A stretch of DNA of 64,000 nt from Chloroflexota bacterium (GCA_039805565.1 JBDLTZ010000100.1:3487-67486), one strand, 5' to 3'; counted from the first letter of the stretch, positions 23,365 to 34,935 are shown. Notes: generated by a model from the sequence alone, not told the origin. Numbers and translations: made by a program.

Positions 23365-24840
23365 CTACCTCCCGAGCACGGCCGCGACATAGGCCGCCGG
23401 CTCCCAGAGCTGCACCCCCGCCCGCGTGGCCACCACGAACGCCGGCCCCGCCGCCAGCCCGAGCGCGAGCGGGAGCAACCCGAGCGCCAGGCTCGGCCCG
23501 CGCATCGCCCAGGTCACCCTCACGGACCGCCACCGCCCCTCGCGCGCCGGCTTCCAGAACACCTCGGCCCATGTGCGCAGCACCACCAGCAGCGTCAGCA
23601 CGCTTGTGAGCAGCGCCGCGGCCACCACCAGGTACTGCCCGGCCTCCAGCGCTGCACGCAGCAGCGCCAGCTTGGCGAAGAAGCCCGAGAGCGGCGGCAC
23701 ACCCGAGAGCGAGAGCGCCGGCAGGAAGAACGCGACCGCCAGCAGCGGAGACCGCTCCATCAGCCCGCCGATCCGATCCAGGCGCTCGTCCCCCGCGAGC
23801 TCGCGCACCACGCCGCTCGCCAGGAACAGCGCCGTCAGCACCACGATGTCCTCCACCATGTAGAACACTGCGCCGGCCAGCCCGCGCTCGGTGAACAACC
23901 CCAGCCCCAGCACCGCGAAGCCGATGTGGCTGACGATCAGGAACGAGAGCACCCGCCGCAGCTCGCGCTGCGCCAGCGCCCCGAGCACCCCCACCAGCAT
24001 CGTCACGCCCGCCGTGGCGAGCACCAGCGTGTGGGTGAGCGCCACATCCCCGACGAAGATCAGCGTGAAGGTGCGCAGCAGCGCGTAGACCCCCACCTTG
24101 GTCAGCAGCCCGGCGAACAGCGCCGAGACTGCCGCGGGCGGCGTATGGTATGCCGCCGGCAGCCAGAAGAAGAGCGGGAACACCGCGGCCTTGATGCCGA
24201 ACGAGACCAGCAGCAGCGCGGCCAGCGCCGCGACCAGCCCCTGGTTCGTGAGCTCGGGCACGCGCCGCGCGAGGTCGGCCATATTGAGCGTGCCCGCCTC
24301 GGCGTACAGCACGCCCACCGCGATCAGGAACAGCGCCGAGGCCAGCAGATTGATGGTGACGTACTTGATCCCCCCCTCCATCTGCGGCCGGTCGCCGCCG
24401 AGCGCCAGCAGCACAAAGGATGCGATCAGCAGCACCTCAAACCAGACGTACAGGTTGAAGAGGTCGCCGGTGAGGAACGCGCCGCACACTCCCATCAGCA
24501 GCACGTGCAGCAGCGTGTGGTAGCCGAAGCGCTCGCGCGCCGGGTCGATCCCGCCGAGCGAGTAGACCGCCACCGCCAGGCCCACCAGCCCCGTCAGCAC
24601 CACCAGCACCGCGCTGAGCAGGTCGGCCACGAAGGTCACGCCGTAGGGCGCGGCCCACCCGCCGAGCTGGGTCACCTGGGGGCCGCCAGCCCACACGGCG
24701 CCGAACAGCGCCAGCGCCGACGCGAGCAGCGCGGCGGCCCCAGCCACGCTCAAGGCGCGAGAGAGACGCCTGCGCTCCCCCGCGAGGAGCGCCAGCGCAG
24801 CGGTGAGCGCGGGGACAAGCACCGGCAGCAGCAGGGTCAT
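23365..24840 (-). CDS. mrpD: Na+/H+ antiporter subunit D (NuoN/M-like)
   Basis: A 491-aa polytopic protein with NADH-quinone oxidoreductase chain M/N-like sequence. It sits in the canonical operon position. Confidence 0.88.
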   Translation of the reverse strand: MTLLLPVLVPALTAALALLAGERRRLSRALSVAGAAALLASALALFGAVWAGGPQVTQLGGWAAPYGVTFVADLLSAVLVVLTGLVGLAVAVYSLGGIDPARERFGYHTLLHVLLMGVCGAFLTGDLFNLYVWFEVLLIASFVLLALGGDRPQMEGGIKYVTINLLASALFLIAVGVLYAEAGTLNMADLARRVPELTNQGLVAALAALLLVSFGIKAAVFPLFFWLPAAYHTPPAAVSALFAGLLTKVGVYALLRTFTLIFVGDVALTHTLVLATAGVTMLVGVLGALAQRELRRVLSFLIVSHIGFAVLGLGLFTERGLAGAVFYMVEDIVVLTALFLASGVVRELAGDERLDRIGGLMERSPLLAVAFFLPALSLSGVPPLSGFFAKLALLRAALEAGQYLVVAAALLTSVLTLLVVLRTWAEVFWKPAREGRWRSVRVTWAMRGPSLALGLLPLALGLAAGPAFVVATRAGVQLWEPAAYVAAVLGR

Positions 24841-25280
24841 CGCAGCACCTCGACCGCTCCCTCGTGCGGCGGCCGGGCCGCTCGCCCCTCGTCGTAGGTC
24901 TTGGCAGGCGGCGGGCGGTGGGTCGGCAGGGCGTCGGTCAGCACCATGCGATCCAGGTCGTCCGTCCCCACCTCCTGGTAGGCACGGTAGGCCAGCACCA
25001 TCATGAAGGCCAGCACGCCGAAGCCGATCACGATCGCCGTCAGGATCAGCGCCTGCGGCAGCGGGTCGGCCACCGGCCCTGTGGGAGCGTTGGCCCCCTC
25101 GGGGGTGATCGGCGAGGCCGCGCGGGTGAGGCCCCCGGCGGTGAAGATCAGCAGGTTGACGGCGTTGGTGAGCAGCGCCAGCCCGAGGATGATCTTCGCC
25201 AGGCTGCGCCGCAGCAGCAGGAACACCGCCGCCGCCACCAGCCCGCCCACCGCGAACGCCAGCAGGGTCTGCATCGTCAC
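24837..25280 (-). CDS. mrpC: Na+/H+ antiporter subunit C (NuoK-like)
   Basis: [15 protein letters not shown]...[17 protein letters not shown] matches the MnhC/NuoK type. Stop and start codons overlap with the neighbouring genes. Confidence 0.85.
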   Translation of the reverse strand: MTMQTLLAFAVGGLVAAAVFLLLRRSLAKIILGLALLTNAVNLLIFTAGGLTRAASPITPEGANAPTGPVADPLPQALILTAIVIGFGVLAFMMVLAYRAYQEVGTDDLDRMVLTDALPTHRPPPAKTYDEGRAARPPHEGAVEVLR

Positions 25281-25687
25281 TCCTCCGCCATCGCCAGGGC
25301 GATCGTCAGCGTCACGCCCACTACTGTCAGGTACACGCCAATGTCGAACAGTACCGGTGTGCCGAGCTCGACAGGCTCACCGGGGAGGGGCAGGTAGCCC
25401 CAGACGCCGGTGAGGAACGGCTGGCCCAGCAGGGTGGGGATAAGCCCGCTCCCGATCGCCACCAGCAGCCCGATCCCGATCAGCGCGCGAGTGTCCAGGC
25501 GCAGCGCCCGGCGCGCCGCGGCTTCGTCGTAGGCCAGGCCGTAGAGCACGAAGGCGCCGGCGGCCACCAACCCGCCGATGAAGCCGCCGCCCGGCTCGTT
25601 GTGTCCGCGCAGCAGCAGGAAGATCGAGAACAGCAGCAGCAGCGTCACCAGGAAGCGCGTCGCCGTCCGCAGGATGAGTGAGTCCAT
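25277..25687 (-). CDS. mrpB: Na+/H+ antiporter subunit B
   Basis: [17 protein letters not shown] is the characteristic MnhB motif. The protein is 136 aa. Confidence 0.85.
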   Translation of the reverse strand: MDSLILRTATRFLVTLLLLFSIFLLLRGHNEPGGGFIGGLVAAGAFVLYGLAYDEAAARRALRLDTRALIGIGLLVAIGSGLIPTLLGQPFLTGVWGYLPLPGEPVELGTPVLFDIGVYLTVVGVTLTIALAMAEE

Positions 25688-25805
25688 TGGTTGCCCTCCG
25701 TGGGTGTTGGCAACTCGCTGAGGCTCATTGCCGAGTGTTGGGTTTCAGGGAGGGCGCAGCCTTCCTGGCCCTCCCGCTCAGCCGCCTCGACGCCCGCCCT
25801 CCCGC

Positions 25806-28127
25806 TCAGCGGTCCTTGGTCCTTCGTCCTTCGTCGGCCCCCGGCCGCAGCTTCAGCAGCGCGAACACGCCGATCGCCGCCACCGCCAGCACCGTGATCT
25901 CGCCCAGGGTGTCCAGGCCGCGGAAGTCCACCAGGATGACGTTGACCACATTGCGGCCGTGCGCCAGCGGCCGCGAGGCCTCCAGGAAGAACGGCGCGAG
26001 CGCCGATTCCGGCGGGGTGGCGGACGCGGCCAGGATCAGCGTCGTCGCCAGCGCACCCACGCCCAGCGACACACACGCGTCCCGCACGAGCGTAGGGCGC
26101 GCGCTGAGCGGGGTGAAGCGCGGCAGGTGGTAGAACACCAGCACAAACAGGATGACGGTGAGCGTCTCGACCAGGATCTGGGTCATGGCGAGGTCCGGGG
26201 CGCCGTACAGGATGTAGATCAGCGCGACGCCGTACCCTACCACGCCCAGGCCGAGGATGGCGCTCAGGCGCGAGGGGGAGCGCACGGCCCAGAGCGCCGC
26301 CAGCAGCATCAGCACCACGAGCCCCAGCTCGTAGAAGCGCAGGTCGGCCCAGCCGAGCGCCGGCAGGAGCACTCCGCCGCGCACCAGCGCCCACCCGGCG
26401 AGCGCCAGGGCCGTGACGAGGATCACCAGCAGGTAGCGCCGCAGGAAGCCGCTCTGCAGCCGGCGCGTCAGCGCCAGCGCCAGCGCCTCCAGCCCGGCGA
26501 GCCCGGCGGCGTACCCGCGCTCGGGCCCCCACGCGAAGATGCGCTCCAGCCAGGGGGTGGCTCGCCGCAGCCGCTCCCATGTTAGGGAGAGCGCTGCGCC
26601 GAGCAGCACCGACGCCACGCTCAGCCCGAGCGCGGCGTTCAGACCGTGCCAGAGGGAGAGCTCCACCTCCTGCGGCGACCCCACCACCGCCGAGGCGGCC
26701 GGCGCCACCAGCAGCGCACCCACGCCCTCCGGCGCGATGCCGATCGCCATGCCCGCCGCCGCCAGCAGCGCCGGGCCAAGCCACATGCTCAGCGGGGCCT
26801 CGTGCGGCGCGTGGGCCGTCTCGCGCAGCGGCCCGAAGAACGGACGCACGGCGACGATCCCGGCCACCGCGACGAACAGCGCCCCGGCGAGCGACCCGAG
26901 CGCCGCCAGCAGCACGCCGAGCCCCTCGACGTGCAGCAACGCCTCGAGCAGCAGCTCCTTGCCGATAAAGCTCAGCACCGGCCCAAACCCGGCCAGCGAG
27001 ACCGCCGCCAGCGCGGCCACCGCCGCCGTGATCGGCATCGCGCGCCGCAGCCCGCCCAGCCGCTCCACATCACGCGTGCCGGTGGCGTGGTCGAGCGCGC
27101 CGGCCACCATGAACAGCGCGCCCTTGTAGAGCGCGTGCGCCAGCAGGAACACCATCGCCGCCGCCGCCGCCTCGGGCGTGCCGATCCCTAGCAGGAGCAC
27201 GAGCGTTCCGAGCGCGCTCACGGTGGAGTACGCCAGGATGCGCTTCAGGTCGGTCTGGAACAGGGCCAGCGCCCCCCCGAGCAGCATTGTGACGCCGCCA
27301 GCCACGCTGACCACCCCGACCCACGCGTCGGTCCCGGCGAGCACCGGGCTGAGACGCGCCAGCAGGTAGACGCCGGCCTTGACCATGGTGGCCGAGTGCA
27401 GGTAGGCGCTCACCGGCGTGGGGGCCTCCATCGCGCCCGGTAGCCAGAAGTGGAACGGCGCCTGCGCCGACTTCGTGAGCGCCCCGGCCAGCACCAGGAG
27501 CATGGCCGGCAGGTAGAGCGGGCTGGCGCGCACGGCGTCGCCCTCAGACAGCAGATCGCTCAGGGTGAAGCTCCCGCCCACCAGGCCGAGCAGGATCAGC
27601 CCGGCCAGCAGCGCCAGCCCACCCCCACCCGTCACCAGCAGCGCCTGGAGCGCGGCGGCGCGGGCCTCGGCGCGCTTGTAGTCGAAGGCGATCAGGAGGT
27701 ATGAGCTGATGCTGGTCAGCTCCCAGAAGACGAACAGCAGCAGCAGGTTATCGGCCAGCACCAGGCCCAGCATCGCGGCCATGAACAGCAGCAGCGAGCC
27801 GTAGAAGCGCCCGAGGCCGGCCTTCCCGGCCATGGAGCCCCCGGCGTAGACCAGCACCAGCACGCCGACGCCGCAGATCAGCAGCGCCAGCAGCAGGCTC
27901 AGGCCGTCCAGCCGGAGCGCGAGCTCCACACCCAGGTCCGGTGCCCAGGGGTACGCGGCCCGCACCACCTCCCCGGCGGCGACGCGCGGCGCGAGGCCGG
28001 CGAAGAAGACCGTGAGCAGGAGCGGGAGTAGGGCCAGCACCCAGCCCGAGGCACCGCGCGCCACGCGCACGACGAGAGGCGCCGCAAGCGCCAGGCCAAA
28101 GCCCGAGAGGACGGCGGCAAGCATCAT
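25806..28127 (-). CDS. mrpA: Na+/H+ antiporter subunit A (NuoL-like, with MbhD/MnhB-like C-terminal extension)
   Basis: A 773-aa polytopic protein with a NuoL-like core ([30 protein letters not shown]). It is the first gene of the mrpABCDEFG order. Confidence 0.9.
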   Translation of the reverse strand: MMLAAVLSGFGLALAAPLVVRVARGASGWVLALLPLLLTVFFAGLAPRVAAGEVVRAAYPWAPDLGVELALRLDGLSLLLALLICGVGVLVLVYAGGSMAGKAGLGRFYGSLLLFMAAMLGLVLADNLLLLFVFWELTSISSYLLIAFDYKRAEARAAALQALLVTGGGGLALLAGLILLGLVGGSFTLSDLLSEGDAVRASPLYLPAMLLVLAGALTKSAQAPFHFWLPGAMEAPTPVSAYLHSATMVKAGVYLLARLSPVLAGTDAWVGVVSVAGGVTMLLGGALALFQTDLKRILAYSTVSALGTLVLLLGIGTPEAAAAAMVFLLAHALYKGALFMVAGALDHATGTRDVERLGGLRRAMPITAAVAALAAVSLAGFGPVLSFIGKELLLEALLHVEGLGVLLAALGSLAGALFVAVAGIVAVRPFFGPLRETAHAPHEAPLSMWLGPALLAAAGMAIGIAPEGVGALLVAPAASAVVGSPQEVELSLWHGLNAALGLSVASVLLGAALSLTWERLRRATPWLERIFAWGPERGYAAGLAGLEALALALTRRLQSGFLRRYLLVILVTALALAGWALVRGGVLLPALGWADLRFYELGLVVLMLLAALWAVRSPSRLSAILGLGVVGYGVALIYILYGAPDLAMTQILVETLTVILFVLVFYHLPRFTPLSARPTLVRDACVSLGVGALATTLILAASATPPESALAPFFLEASRPLAHGRNVVNVILVDFRGLDTLGEITVLAVAAIGVFALLKLRPGADEGRRTKDR

Positions 28128-28441
28128 CTCTATCTCCGAACGGCGTACGCAGGCTCAGATGCAATAACCGCACCAACCCTGCTGCACAGCACCGGCAGTA
28201 CACAACAAAACGGAGGCATCACAAACACGTGTGACAGCCTCCACCAGGTGCTCGGATGGGACGAAGCCGAGCCTTTCTTCAATTGGGTGAAGGGAGCATA
28301 CCAGAAAACAGGAGTGGCGGCAAGAGACATCACGCCAGTAGCAATAACCGCACGCATCGTACGCGTCTCTTCCCCCACACGCGCCCCGGGACGCGCTATC
28401 CTGTGGCAGCCACGACCACCTGCGTCACCGGAGGTATTGCT

Positions 28442-29338
28442 ATGACGATCACCACGCGCGCGTGCACCGGCCCGGCCGACTTCCCGGCGATCAGCGACTT
28501 CCTGTACACCCTCTACCGGCCCGACAACACGGACGGCAACTGGTTCCAGCCGATCTGGGAGTACGCCTACACCCACCCCTGGTTCGACGACGACTCCGTG
28601 GGGCGGATCGGGATCTGGGAGGACAACGGGGCGATCGTGGCGGTCGCCTCCTACGAGCTGCGCCTCGGCGAGGCGTTCTTCCAGGTCCGGCCGGGCTACG
28701 AGCACGTGAGGCCCACGATGCTGCGCTACGCCGAGGAGCACTTGGGCGGCATCTCGGAGGACGGCGGTACCTACCTCAAGGTGTTCGTCAACGACTTCGA
28801 CGCCGAGCTCCAGCGCGAGGTGGCGGCGCGCGGCTACGCCCGTGACCCCGGCAGCGACCGGCCGATGTCGCAGCTCGTCATCCCGCGGCCGTTCCCACCG
28901 ATCCACCTGCCCGAGGGGTTCCGCCTCAAGAGCCTTGCCGAGGACAACGACCTCGTGAAGGTCGATCGGGCGCTGTGGCGCGGATTCGACCACCCCGGCG
29001 AGCCCCCGAGCGACGGGCCGGAGGGGCGCCGCCGGATGCAGTCCGGCCCACACTTCCGCACCGACCTGACGATCGTCGTCGAGGCGCCCGGCGGGAGCTT
29101 CGTGGCCTTCAGCGGGCTGTGGTTCGAGCCGGTCAACCGCTTCGGCTATGTCGAGCCGGTCGCCACTGACCCGGACTACCGGCGCATGGGGCTGGGGACG
29201 GCCGCGGTGATGGAGGGGGTGCGGCGCTGCGCCGAGCTGGGTGCAGCGGTGGCCTACGTCGGGAGCGTGCAGCCGTTCTACCAGTCGATGGGCTTCCGGA
29301 AGCTCTACACCTCTGAGTGCTGGCTGCGGAGCCTCTGA
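28442..29338 (+). CDS. GNAT family N-acetyltransferase
   Basis: ORF 28256..29338, with ATG 28442 (MTITTRACTG) preferred. The acetyl-CoA binding motif is VATDPDYRRMGLGTAAV. Confidence 0.75.
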   Translation: MTITTRACTGPADFPAISDFLYTLYRPDNTDGNWFQPIWEYAYTHPWFDDDSVGRIGIWEDNGAIVAVASYELRLGEAFFQVRPGYEHVRPTMLRYAEEHLGGISEDGGTYLKVFVNDFDAELQREVAARGYARDPGSDRPMSQLVIPRPFPPIHLPEGFRLKSLAEDNDLVKVDRALWRGFDHPGEPPSDGPEGRRRMQSGPHFRTDLTIVVEAPGGSFVAFSGLWFEPVNRFGYVEPVATDPDYRRMGLGTAAVMEGVRRCAELGAAVAYVGSVQPFYQSMGFRKLYTSECWLRSL

Positions 29339-29657
29339 GCGGGGGGAGGAGTGCGGCGGCAGGCGCACGACTCTGTGAGCCTGCCGCCGCCCCACCAGAA
29401 GATCAAACCTTCTCCCTCCCCGCACACTGCTGTTTCACGGGCTCGGGCCGGCTGAGAGGCTTGGCCCTGTATAACCCGCCACAAGGCGCCGGGCCTCAGC
29501 ACAAGCGGCGGGTGCCCTCAGGGCGCCGGGTTTCTCGCTGGCTTCAGCCAGAACAGTGATGTGCGCCGTTTATGGCGTTCTGTCGCGGAGTAACGCTTGA
29601 TGGCGAACACGATTTCTGGTATACTTGTCGTATCTCCTCACCGCGCCGGACACGCCC

Positions 29658-29920
29658 ATGCTGAAGACCTCCGCCTATCGCCGGTCGCCGAGCAGACCGC
29701 AGGCGCGGCTGCTCGACAGCACCCTCGAAACCTGCCGACGGTGGGCCTGTCTTTGAGCAGCAAACGCTGTCGGACAGTTGGATTGATTGCGGCTGTGGTC
29801 TGAGCATGGACCGCGACCACAACGCCGCCGTGAACATCCTGAAACGGGCCGGACAGATCCGTTGGGGCGTAAGCGGGTCGCTGCACTCGTTGTCCCAAGA
29901 AGCCGCCGGGTTTTTACCCG
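29658..29920 (+). pseudogene. tnpB: Internally deleted IS200/IS605-family tnpB remnant
   Basis: An N-terminal 32 codons (MLKTSAYRRSPSRPQARLLDSTLETCRRWA, compare the M.K.Y.YRLYP...Q pattern of TnpB) end at a stop at 29754. In another frame follows the C-terminal signature DCGCGLSMDRDHNAAVNILKRAG....QEAAGF. The RuvC core in between is missing. Confidence 0.65.
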
Positions 29921-29982
29921 TGCGGAGCGTCACGCGAGTGCTACAGTGGAGCTGGCCAGCCGCACCGCACAGAGAGGCCCCC

Positions 29983-30930
29983 ATGCCGATCGACTTCTCG
30001 CTTCTCGACGTTCAGCTCGCCCCGATCCCCCGGACGAGTGACGACGTCGGCTACCTTCGCGAGCACGTCAGGGAGTTCATCAGCCGGGTCGACGCCCAGG
30101 AAGAGCTGGCGACGCAGCGCGTCCTCCCGCTGCCCTTCGGGACCTGGAACGTCGCCTGCCACCTCCAGCCCGCCGATCTCGTCCTGAAGCTCTCGCCCTG
30201 GGGCTCCAGGCACGAGGCCGATTTCCTCCAGGCCGCGACCGCCACCGGCGCCGCCGTGCCGCGCTTCATCACCTACGGCGTCGTCCCAGACGATGTGCTC
30301 CCGGGCGCCTCATACGTTCTCATGGAGTACATTGAGCGCTCAGTCGCCGCCGGCCCACTCTTCGAGCGGGGAGCGCTCACCGCGCCGCAGCTCCTCGCCA
30401 TGGGGACCGACGCCGGCGCGACCCTGGCACGGATCCACGCGGTCGCCTTCCCCTACGTGCGCAGCTTCGACACCCCGCAGCCCGACTGGGGCGCGTGCCT
30501 GGGGCTGTGGGAGCTGGCGGAGACGCCGCTGTTCGACCGGGCGCTGCTGGCGCGCTTCGAGCATGCGCTCAGCGACTGCGGCTACCGCGAGCGGACTCAC
30601 GGGACGCTCGCCCACAGCGACGCGAGCCCGCACAACATCCTGGTCGACGAGGACAGCCACGCCTTTCGCGCGCTGATCGACCCCGGACCAGAGATCGTGA
30701 GCTCGCCAATGTACGACCTGGCGTACGCGGCGCAGCCATGGATCTACGGCGGCGCATATCTGGAGCGCGTCGTCGCCGGCTACCAGGCGGCTGGGGGGAC
30801 GCTTCACGCGCGTGACTTCGCCATCTCGCTGCTCTGTGTCGCGTACCGCCAGTCGCAGTGGGGTGGGGCGGCCAGGGGCGACGTGCGCGCCTATCTGGAG
30901 CAGGACGTCCTGCCACTCCTCGACGCATGA
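29983..30930 (+). CDS. Phosphotransferase (APH/choline-kinase-like) family protein
   Basis: ORF 29806..30930, with ATG 29983 preceded by AGAGAGG. The kinase catalytic loop is LAHSDASPHNILVDED, followed by LIDPG. Confidence 0.7.
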   Translation: MPIDFSLLDVQLAPIPRTSDDVGYLREHVREFISRVDAQEELATQRVLPLPFGTWNVACHLQPADLVLKLSPWGSRHEADFLQAATATGAAVPRFITYGVVPDDVLPGASYVLMEYIERSVAAGPLFERGALTAPQLLAMGTDAGATLARIHAVAFPYVRSFDTPQPDWGACLGLWELAETPLFDRALLARFEHALSDCGYRERTHGTLAHSDASPHNILVDEDSHAFRALIDPGPEIVSSPMYDLAYAAQPWIYGGAYLERVVAGYQAAGGTLHARDFAISLLCVAYRQSQWGGAARGDVRAYLEQDVLPLLDA

Positions 30931-30956
30931 GGCGTCCCTAACGCACGCCCGGAGCG

Positions 30957-31979
30957 CTACCTGCCGAGCGCCTTCCGCACGGCGGGTGCAACGCGCGTGC
31001 CGTAGAGCTCGATGGAGCGCATCACCTGCGCGTGCGGCATCGGCCCGACGCTCACCTGCAGCAGGAAGCGCTGGTGCCCGAACAGCTCGTGCTCGAAGAG
31101 GATCTTCTCCACCACCTCGTCCGGGCTGCCGATCAGCAGCGCGCCGCGCGGCGAGCAGAGCGCATCGAACTGCTGGCGCGACATAGGCGGCCAGCCGCGC
31201 TCACGCCCGATGCGGTTCATCACCAGCTCGTGGGGCGGGTAGGCCTCGTCGCGGGCCTGCGCGCCGGTCTCCGCGATGTAGCCGTGTGAGTTGATGCTCA
31301 CCGGCATGTGGGCCAGGTCGTGGCCGGCGCGACGCGCAGTCTCGCGGTAGAGCTTCACCAGCGGCACGAAGCGCTCCGGGGTCCCGCCGATGATCGCGAG
31401 CGCCATCGGCAGGCCGAGGTTCGCCGCGCGCACGACCGACTGCGGCGTGCCGCCCACCGCAATCCAGACCGGCAGCGGTTCCTGGGCCGGGCGCGGGTAC
31501 ACCCCCTGTCCCTCGAGTGCGGCGCGGTGACGGCCCTCCCAGGTGACGCGCTCGGCGGCGCGCAGCTCCAGCAGCAGGCCGAGCTTCTCCTCAAACAGCG
31601 CATTGTAGTCGTCCAGGTCGTAGCCGAACAGCGGGAACGACTCGATGAACGAGCCGCGCCCCGCCATCACCTCGGCGCGCCCCTCCGAGAGCAGGTCCAG
31701 GGTAGCGAACTGCTGGAACACCCGCACCGGGTCGTCCGAGCTGAGCACCGAGACCGCGCTGGTGAGCCGGATGCGCTTCGTGCGCGCGGCGGCCGCGGCG
31801 AGCACCACCGCCGGCGCCGAGACAGCGTAGTCGGGCCGGTGGTGCTCACCGAGCCCAAAGACGTCGAGGCCAACCTGGTCGGCCAGCTCGATCTCTTCGA
31901 TCAGTTCGCGCAGGCGCTGCCCCGCGCTCTGCGCCGTCCCGTCGGCGACCTCGCCGAAGCTATAGATCCCTAGCTCCAT
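30957..31979 (-). CDS. LLM-class (luciferase-like) flavin-dependent oxidoreductase
   Basis: [10 protein letters not shown]....[10 protein letters not shown] is a typical LLM N-terminus. ATG 31979 is preferred over 32036. Confidence 0.8.
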   Translation of the reverse strand: MELGIYSFGEVADGTAQSAGQRLRELIEEIELADQVGLDVFGLGEHHRPDYAVSAPAVVLAAAAARTKRIRLTSAVSVLSSDDPVRVFQQFATLDLLSEGRAEVMAGRGSFIESFPLFGYDLDDYNALFEEKLGLLLELRAAERVTWEGRHRAALEGQGVYPRPAQEPLPVWIAVGGTPQSVVRAANLGLPMALAIIGGTPERFVPLVKLYRETARRAGHDLAHMPVSINSHGYIAETGAQARDEAYPPHELVMNRIGRERGWPPMSRQQFDALCSPRGALLIGSPDEVVEKILFEHELFGHQRFLLQVSVGPMPHAQVMRSIELYGTRVAPAVRKALGR

Positions 31980-32092
31980 ATCACCCCCACTGAGTACGTA
32001 TCCAGTCGGCCCCGGATCCCGCTCCACAGCGCCCACCGTGTGGGCTGCGTAGCGCGTGGGCAGTATACCGCGCGGAGCCCGCTCCTACGCCC

Positions 32093-34822
32093 CTACCCTG
32101 TAGTCCGCAGGCCGCTGGCGATCGCGTTCACGGTGAGCAGCAGGCTGGTGAGCAGCTCATCGGCGGAGGCCTGCTCGCCGGCCCGGAGGTGCGAGCGCCA
32201 GCGCCGCAGCAGCGCGATCTGCCGCAGGTGCAGCGCCCGCAGCCCCTCCTGCCGCAGCAGCAGCGAGCGGTGGATGTTCGGCCGCGCCTCGGCCAGCGCC
32301 GCGCCGTAGAGCTCCTCCAGCAGCTGCACCGTGCGGCGGTGCTCGGCCAGGATCAGGCCCAGCACGCCCCCGCGCACGCCCTCGTCCTCCACCAGCCCGG
32401 CGTAGGCCGTCATCAGCTCGGGGTCGGCCGTGGCGACGCTGGTGGCGACGTTGCTGATCAGGTAGTGCAGCGGTGCCCAGCGCCGGTGCTCGGCCGCCAC
32501 CAGCGCGAAGCCGCCCGGGTCATCGGCCCGCAGCTCGGCCAGCGCCGCGCCAACACCGTACCAGGCCGAGAGGTAGAAGCGCGCCTGGCTCCAGCTGAAG
32601 ACCCACGGGATGGCACGCAGGTCGGCCAGGGTCTGCCGACCGCTCCGACGCGCGGGGCGCGACCCGATGCGGCTCTGCTCGATCACGTCGATCGGAGTGG
32701 CCTGGCCGAAGAACGTCAGGAAGCCGTCGGTCTGCACCAGCTCGGTGTAGGCGCGCCGGCTCACCGCCGCCAGCCGGTCCATCGTAGGCGCGAGCGAGTG
32801 CGGCGCCGGCGACGCGCCCGCACCTCCCAGTGTGGCGCGGAGCACGCCCGCCAGGAGCAGCTCGAGATTGTAGACCGCACTGATGCGGTTGGCGTACTTC
32901 TGCGCGATCGTCTCGCCCTGCTCGGTCATGCGCAGGCCACCGCGCAGCGCCGGGGGGTGCAGCGCGCGGATGAAGCGTCCCGCCGGCCCCGCTCCCCGGC
33001 TGATCGTGCCGCCGCGCCCGTGGAAGAAGCGCACCGTGACCCCGTGCGCCGCGCCGGTCTCCACCAGGCGCAGCTGGGCGCGGTACAGGCCCCAGAGGCT
33101 GGCGCAGATCCCGCCATCTTTGTTGCTGTCGCTGTACCCCACCATGACCTGCTGCACGGGCGCCTCGGCCCCCGCGGCCGCCCGCCGCGCCTCCAGGCTG
33201 CGCCTGGTGATCGGGTGGCCGAGGAAGGCGTCGAGGATGGCCGGGCTGTGCGCCAGATCCTCGATCGTCTCGAACAGCGGCACCACCTCGAGCGGGCAGA
33301 CCGGCCCGTCGGGAGTCTCGTGCAGCAGGCCCACCTCGCGCGCCAGCAGGTAGACGGCGAGCAGGTCGGCGTGCGAGCGGGTCATGCTGACGATCAGGGC
33401 GCCCAGGCCGTCCGGGCCGCGGGCTGCCAGCTCCGCCTCCAGCACGCGGTAGCACGAGAGGACCGCCTCCGCCTCGGGGCCGAGCGCCATGCCGGGGCGG
33501 GTGAAGGGGCGCGGCGAGCGCAGCTCGGCCTCCAGGAACGCGAGGCGGCGCGCCTCGTCCCACGAGGGGTAGTCGGCCCCGTCGAGGCCGGCGGCCTGGA
33601 GCAGCTGGGCCACGGCGCGGTCGTGGAAGGCGCTGTTCTGGCGCACGTCGAGGCGGGCCAGGTGAAAGCCGAAGGTCTGGAGCGCGCGCCGCGCCGGGAG
33701 CACGTCGGCGCGCGCCAGGCGCCGGGCGCCCACGGCCGCCAGGGCCTCGTCGAGCAGCCACAGGTCCTCCCCAAGCTCGGCCGCTCGGGCGTACGGGAGC
33801 GGCCCGGCCGCGTCGGGGAGCCGGGCGAGCATCAGGTTCACCAGCTGCCGCCAGGGCTCGTTCGGGTTGCGTGCCAGCGCATCGCCTCCCACGGGCCCGA
33901 GGCGCTCGGCGAGGGCGGCGACGTGCGCGAGCAGCGGCTCGGGCGGCGCCATGAGCTGGTCGGAGAGGCTGAGCGTGCGCCCAAGCGCCATAAGCTGCTC
34001 GCGCGCCAGGTCGAGCGCGGCCCGGCGCAGCTCCTCGAGCGCGTGGCGCGTCACCTCGGCCGTCACCAGCGGGTGGCCGTCGCGGTCGCCGCCGACCCAG
34101 GTGCTGAAGGTCAGGCGCGGCATGTCCTCCGGGCCGGTGATCAGACGCGGCTCGCCGCCGAGCGCGCCCCAGACCTGGAGCAGCCGCGTGTCGAGGTGCA
34201 GCAGCGCCTCGGGGAAGACCCGCCGCAGGTAGTGGATGACGTTCCGCAGCTCGGCGGCGACGTCGGGCTTCTCAAGGAAGATATCGCCCGTGCGCCAGAG
34301 CCGCTCCAGCGCCGCCTTGACGTCCTCGCGGATGCCCTCGCGCTCCAGCGGCGTCCACATCTGATTCTCGGCCTTCACCAGCAGCAGGTAGAGGGCGCGG
34401 TAGTGCTCCAGCACGGTGGCGCGCTTGGCCTCGGTGGGGTGGGCGGTGAGCACCGGCTCCACGGCGACGCTGTGCAGCGCGGCGGCGATCTGCGCGTCGC
34501 CCACGCCCTGGGCGCGCAGGTCGGAGAGCACCTCGCCCCACAGGCCGCGCTCGTGGGCCGGGCCGTGGAGCTCCTCGGCCGCGCGGCGCGCCTGGGCGGC
34601 GGCGTTCTCCTCGACGAGGTTGAGCAGCTGGAAGGCGATCGCGAACGCCTGAGAGGCGCGCGCGGAGTCGGGGTGGATGGTGGGGCTTGGCCCCCAGGGG
34701 AGGGCGGCGGCCAGGTCGGCGTCGCCGGCGTCGGTGAGCACTTCGCGAAAGCACTCCATCAGCCAGCGCACGTCACGGTCGAACCGCTCCGTGTCATCGG
34801 CGGGAACAGGCATCTGTCTCAT
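32093..34822 (-). CDS. ppc: Phosphoenolpyruvate carboxylase
   Basis: PEPC signatures are present: VLTAHPTE, VMVGYSDSNKDGG, FHGRGGTISRGGGP-like FHGRGGTISRGAGP, and the C-terminal LRTTG. ATG 34822 is preceded by AGGAGG and gives 909 aa. The 1141-aa ORF extension covers a crtI fragment. Confidence 0.92.
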   Translation of the reverse strand: MRQMPVPADDTERFDRDVRWLMECFREVLTDAGDADLAAALPWGPSPTIHPDSARASQAFAIAFQLLNLVEENAAAQARRAAEELHGPAHERGLWGEVLSDLRAQGVGDAQIAAALHSVAVEPVLTAHPTEAKRATVLEHYRALYLLLVKAENQMWTPLEREGIREDVKAALERLWRTGDIFLEKPDVAAELRNVIHYLRRVFPEALLHLDTRLLQVWGALGGEPRLITGPEDMPRLTFSTWVGGDRDGHPLVTAEVTRHALEELRRAALDLAREQLMALGRTLSLSDQLMAPPEPLLAHVAALAERLGPVGGDALARNPNEPWRQLVNLMLARLPDAAGPLPYARAAELGEDLWLLDEALAAVGARRLARADVLPARRALQTFGFHLARLDVRQNSAFHDRAVAQLLQAAGLDGADYPSWDEARRLAFLEAELRSPRPFTRPGMALGPEAEAVLSCYRVLEAELAARGPDGLGALIVSMTRSHADLLAVYLLAREVGLLHETPDGPVCPLEVVPLFETIEDLAHSPAILDAFLGHPITRRSLEARRAAAGAEAPVQQVMVGYSDSNKDGGICASLWGLYRAQLRLVETGAAHGVTVRFFHGRGGTISRGAGPAGRFIRALHPPALRGGLRMTEQGETIAQKYANRISAVYNLELLLAGVLRATLGGAGASPAPHSLAPTMDRLAAVSRRAYTELVQTDGFLTFFGQATPIDVIEQSRIGSRPARRSGRQTLADLRAIPWVFSWSQARFYLSAWYGVGAALAELRADDPGGFALVAAEHRRWAPLHYLISNVATSVATADPELMTAYAGLVEDEGVRGGVLGLILAEHRRTVQLLEELYGAALAEARPNIHRSLLLRQEGLRALHLRQIALLRRWRSHLRAGEQASADELLTSLLLTVNAIASGLRTTG

Positions 34823-34935
34823 CACGGACCTCCTGCCCGGTCTAGTGTGCGGCAGAACGAGGGCGGGCGGCTGAAGCGGATGTCTCCACCGCAGCCGCCC
34901 ACCACGGAACATTGTAGCGCGAACGCCGAGATCAG

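Noticed and set aside
25688-25811. A 14-nt direct repeat CCCTCCCGCTCAGC (25769-25782 and 25797-25810) at the mrpA 3' end and in the mrpA-mrpB spacer.
   Set aside because: It is a short local duplication that includes the stop-codon region. It is too small to interpret and has no hairpin or known motif.
28130-29425. A 431-aa minus-strand ORF over the GNAT gene and the mrpA upstream region.
   Set aside because: It is an antisense shadow. It has no motifs, and it would span the divergent promoter region.
29806-30930. A 374-aa ORF that looks like a TnpB-kinase fusion protein.
   Set aside because: The first ~40 codons are the tail of a deleted tnpB that happens to be in frame. The kinase has its own ATG (29983) and RBS.
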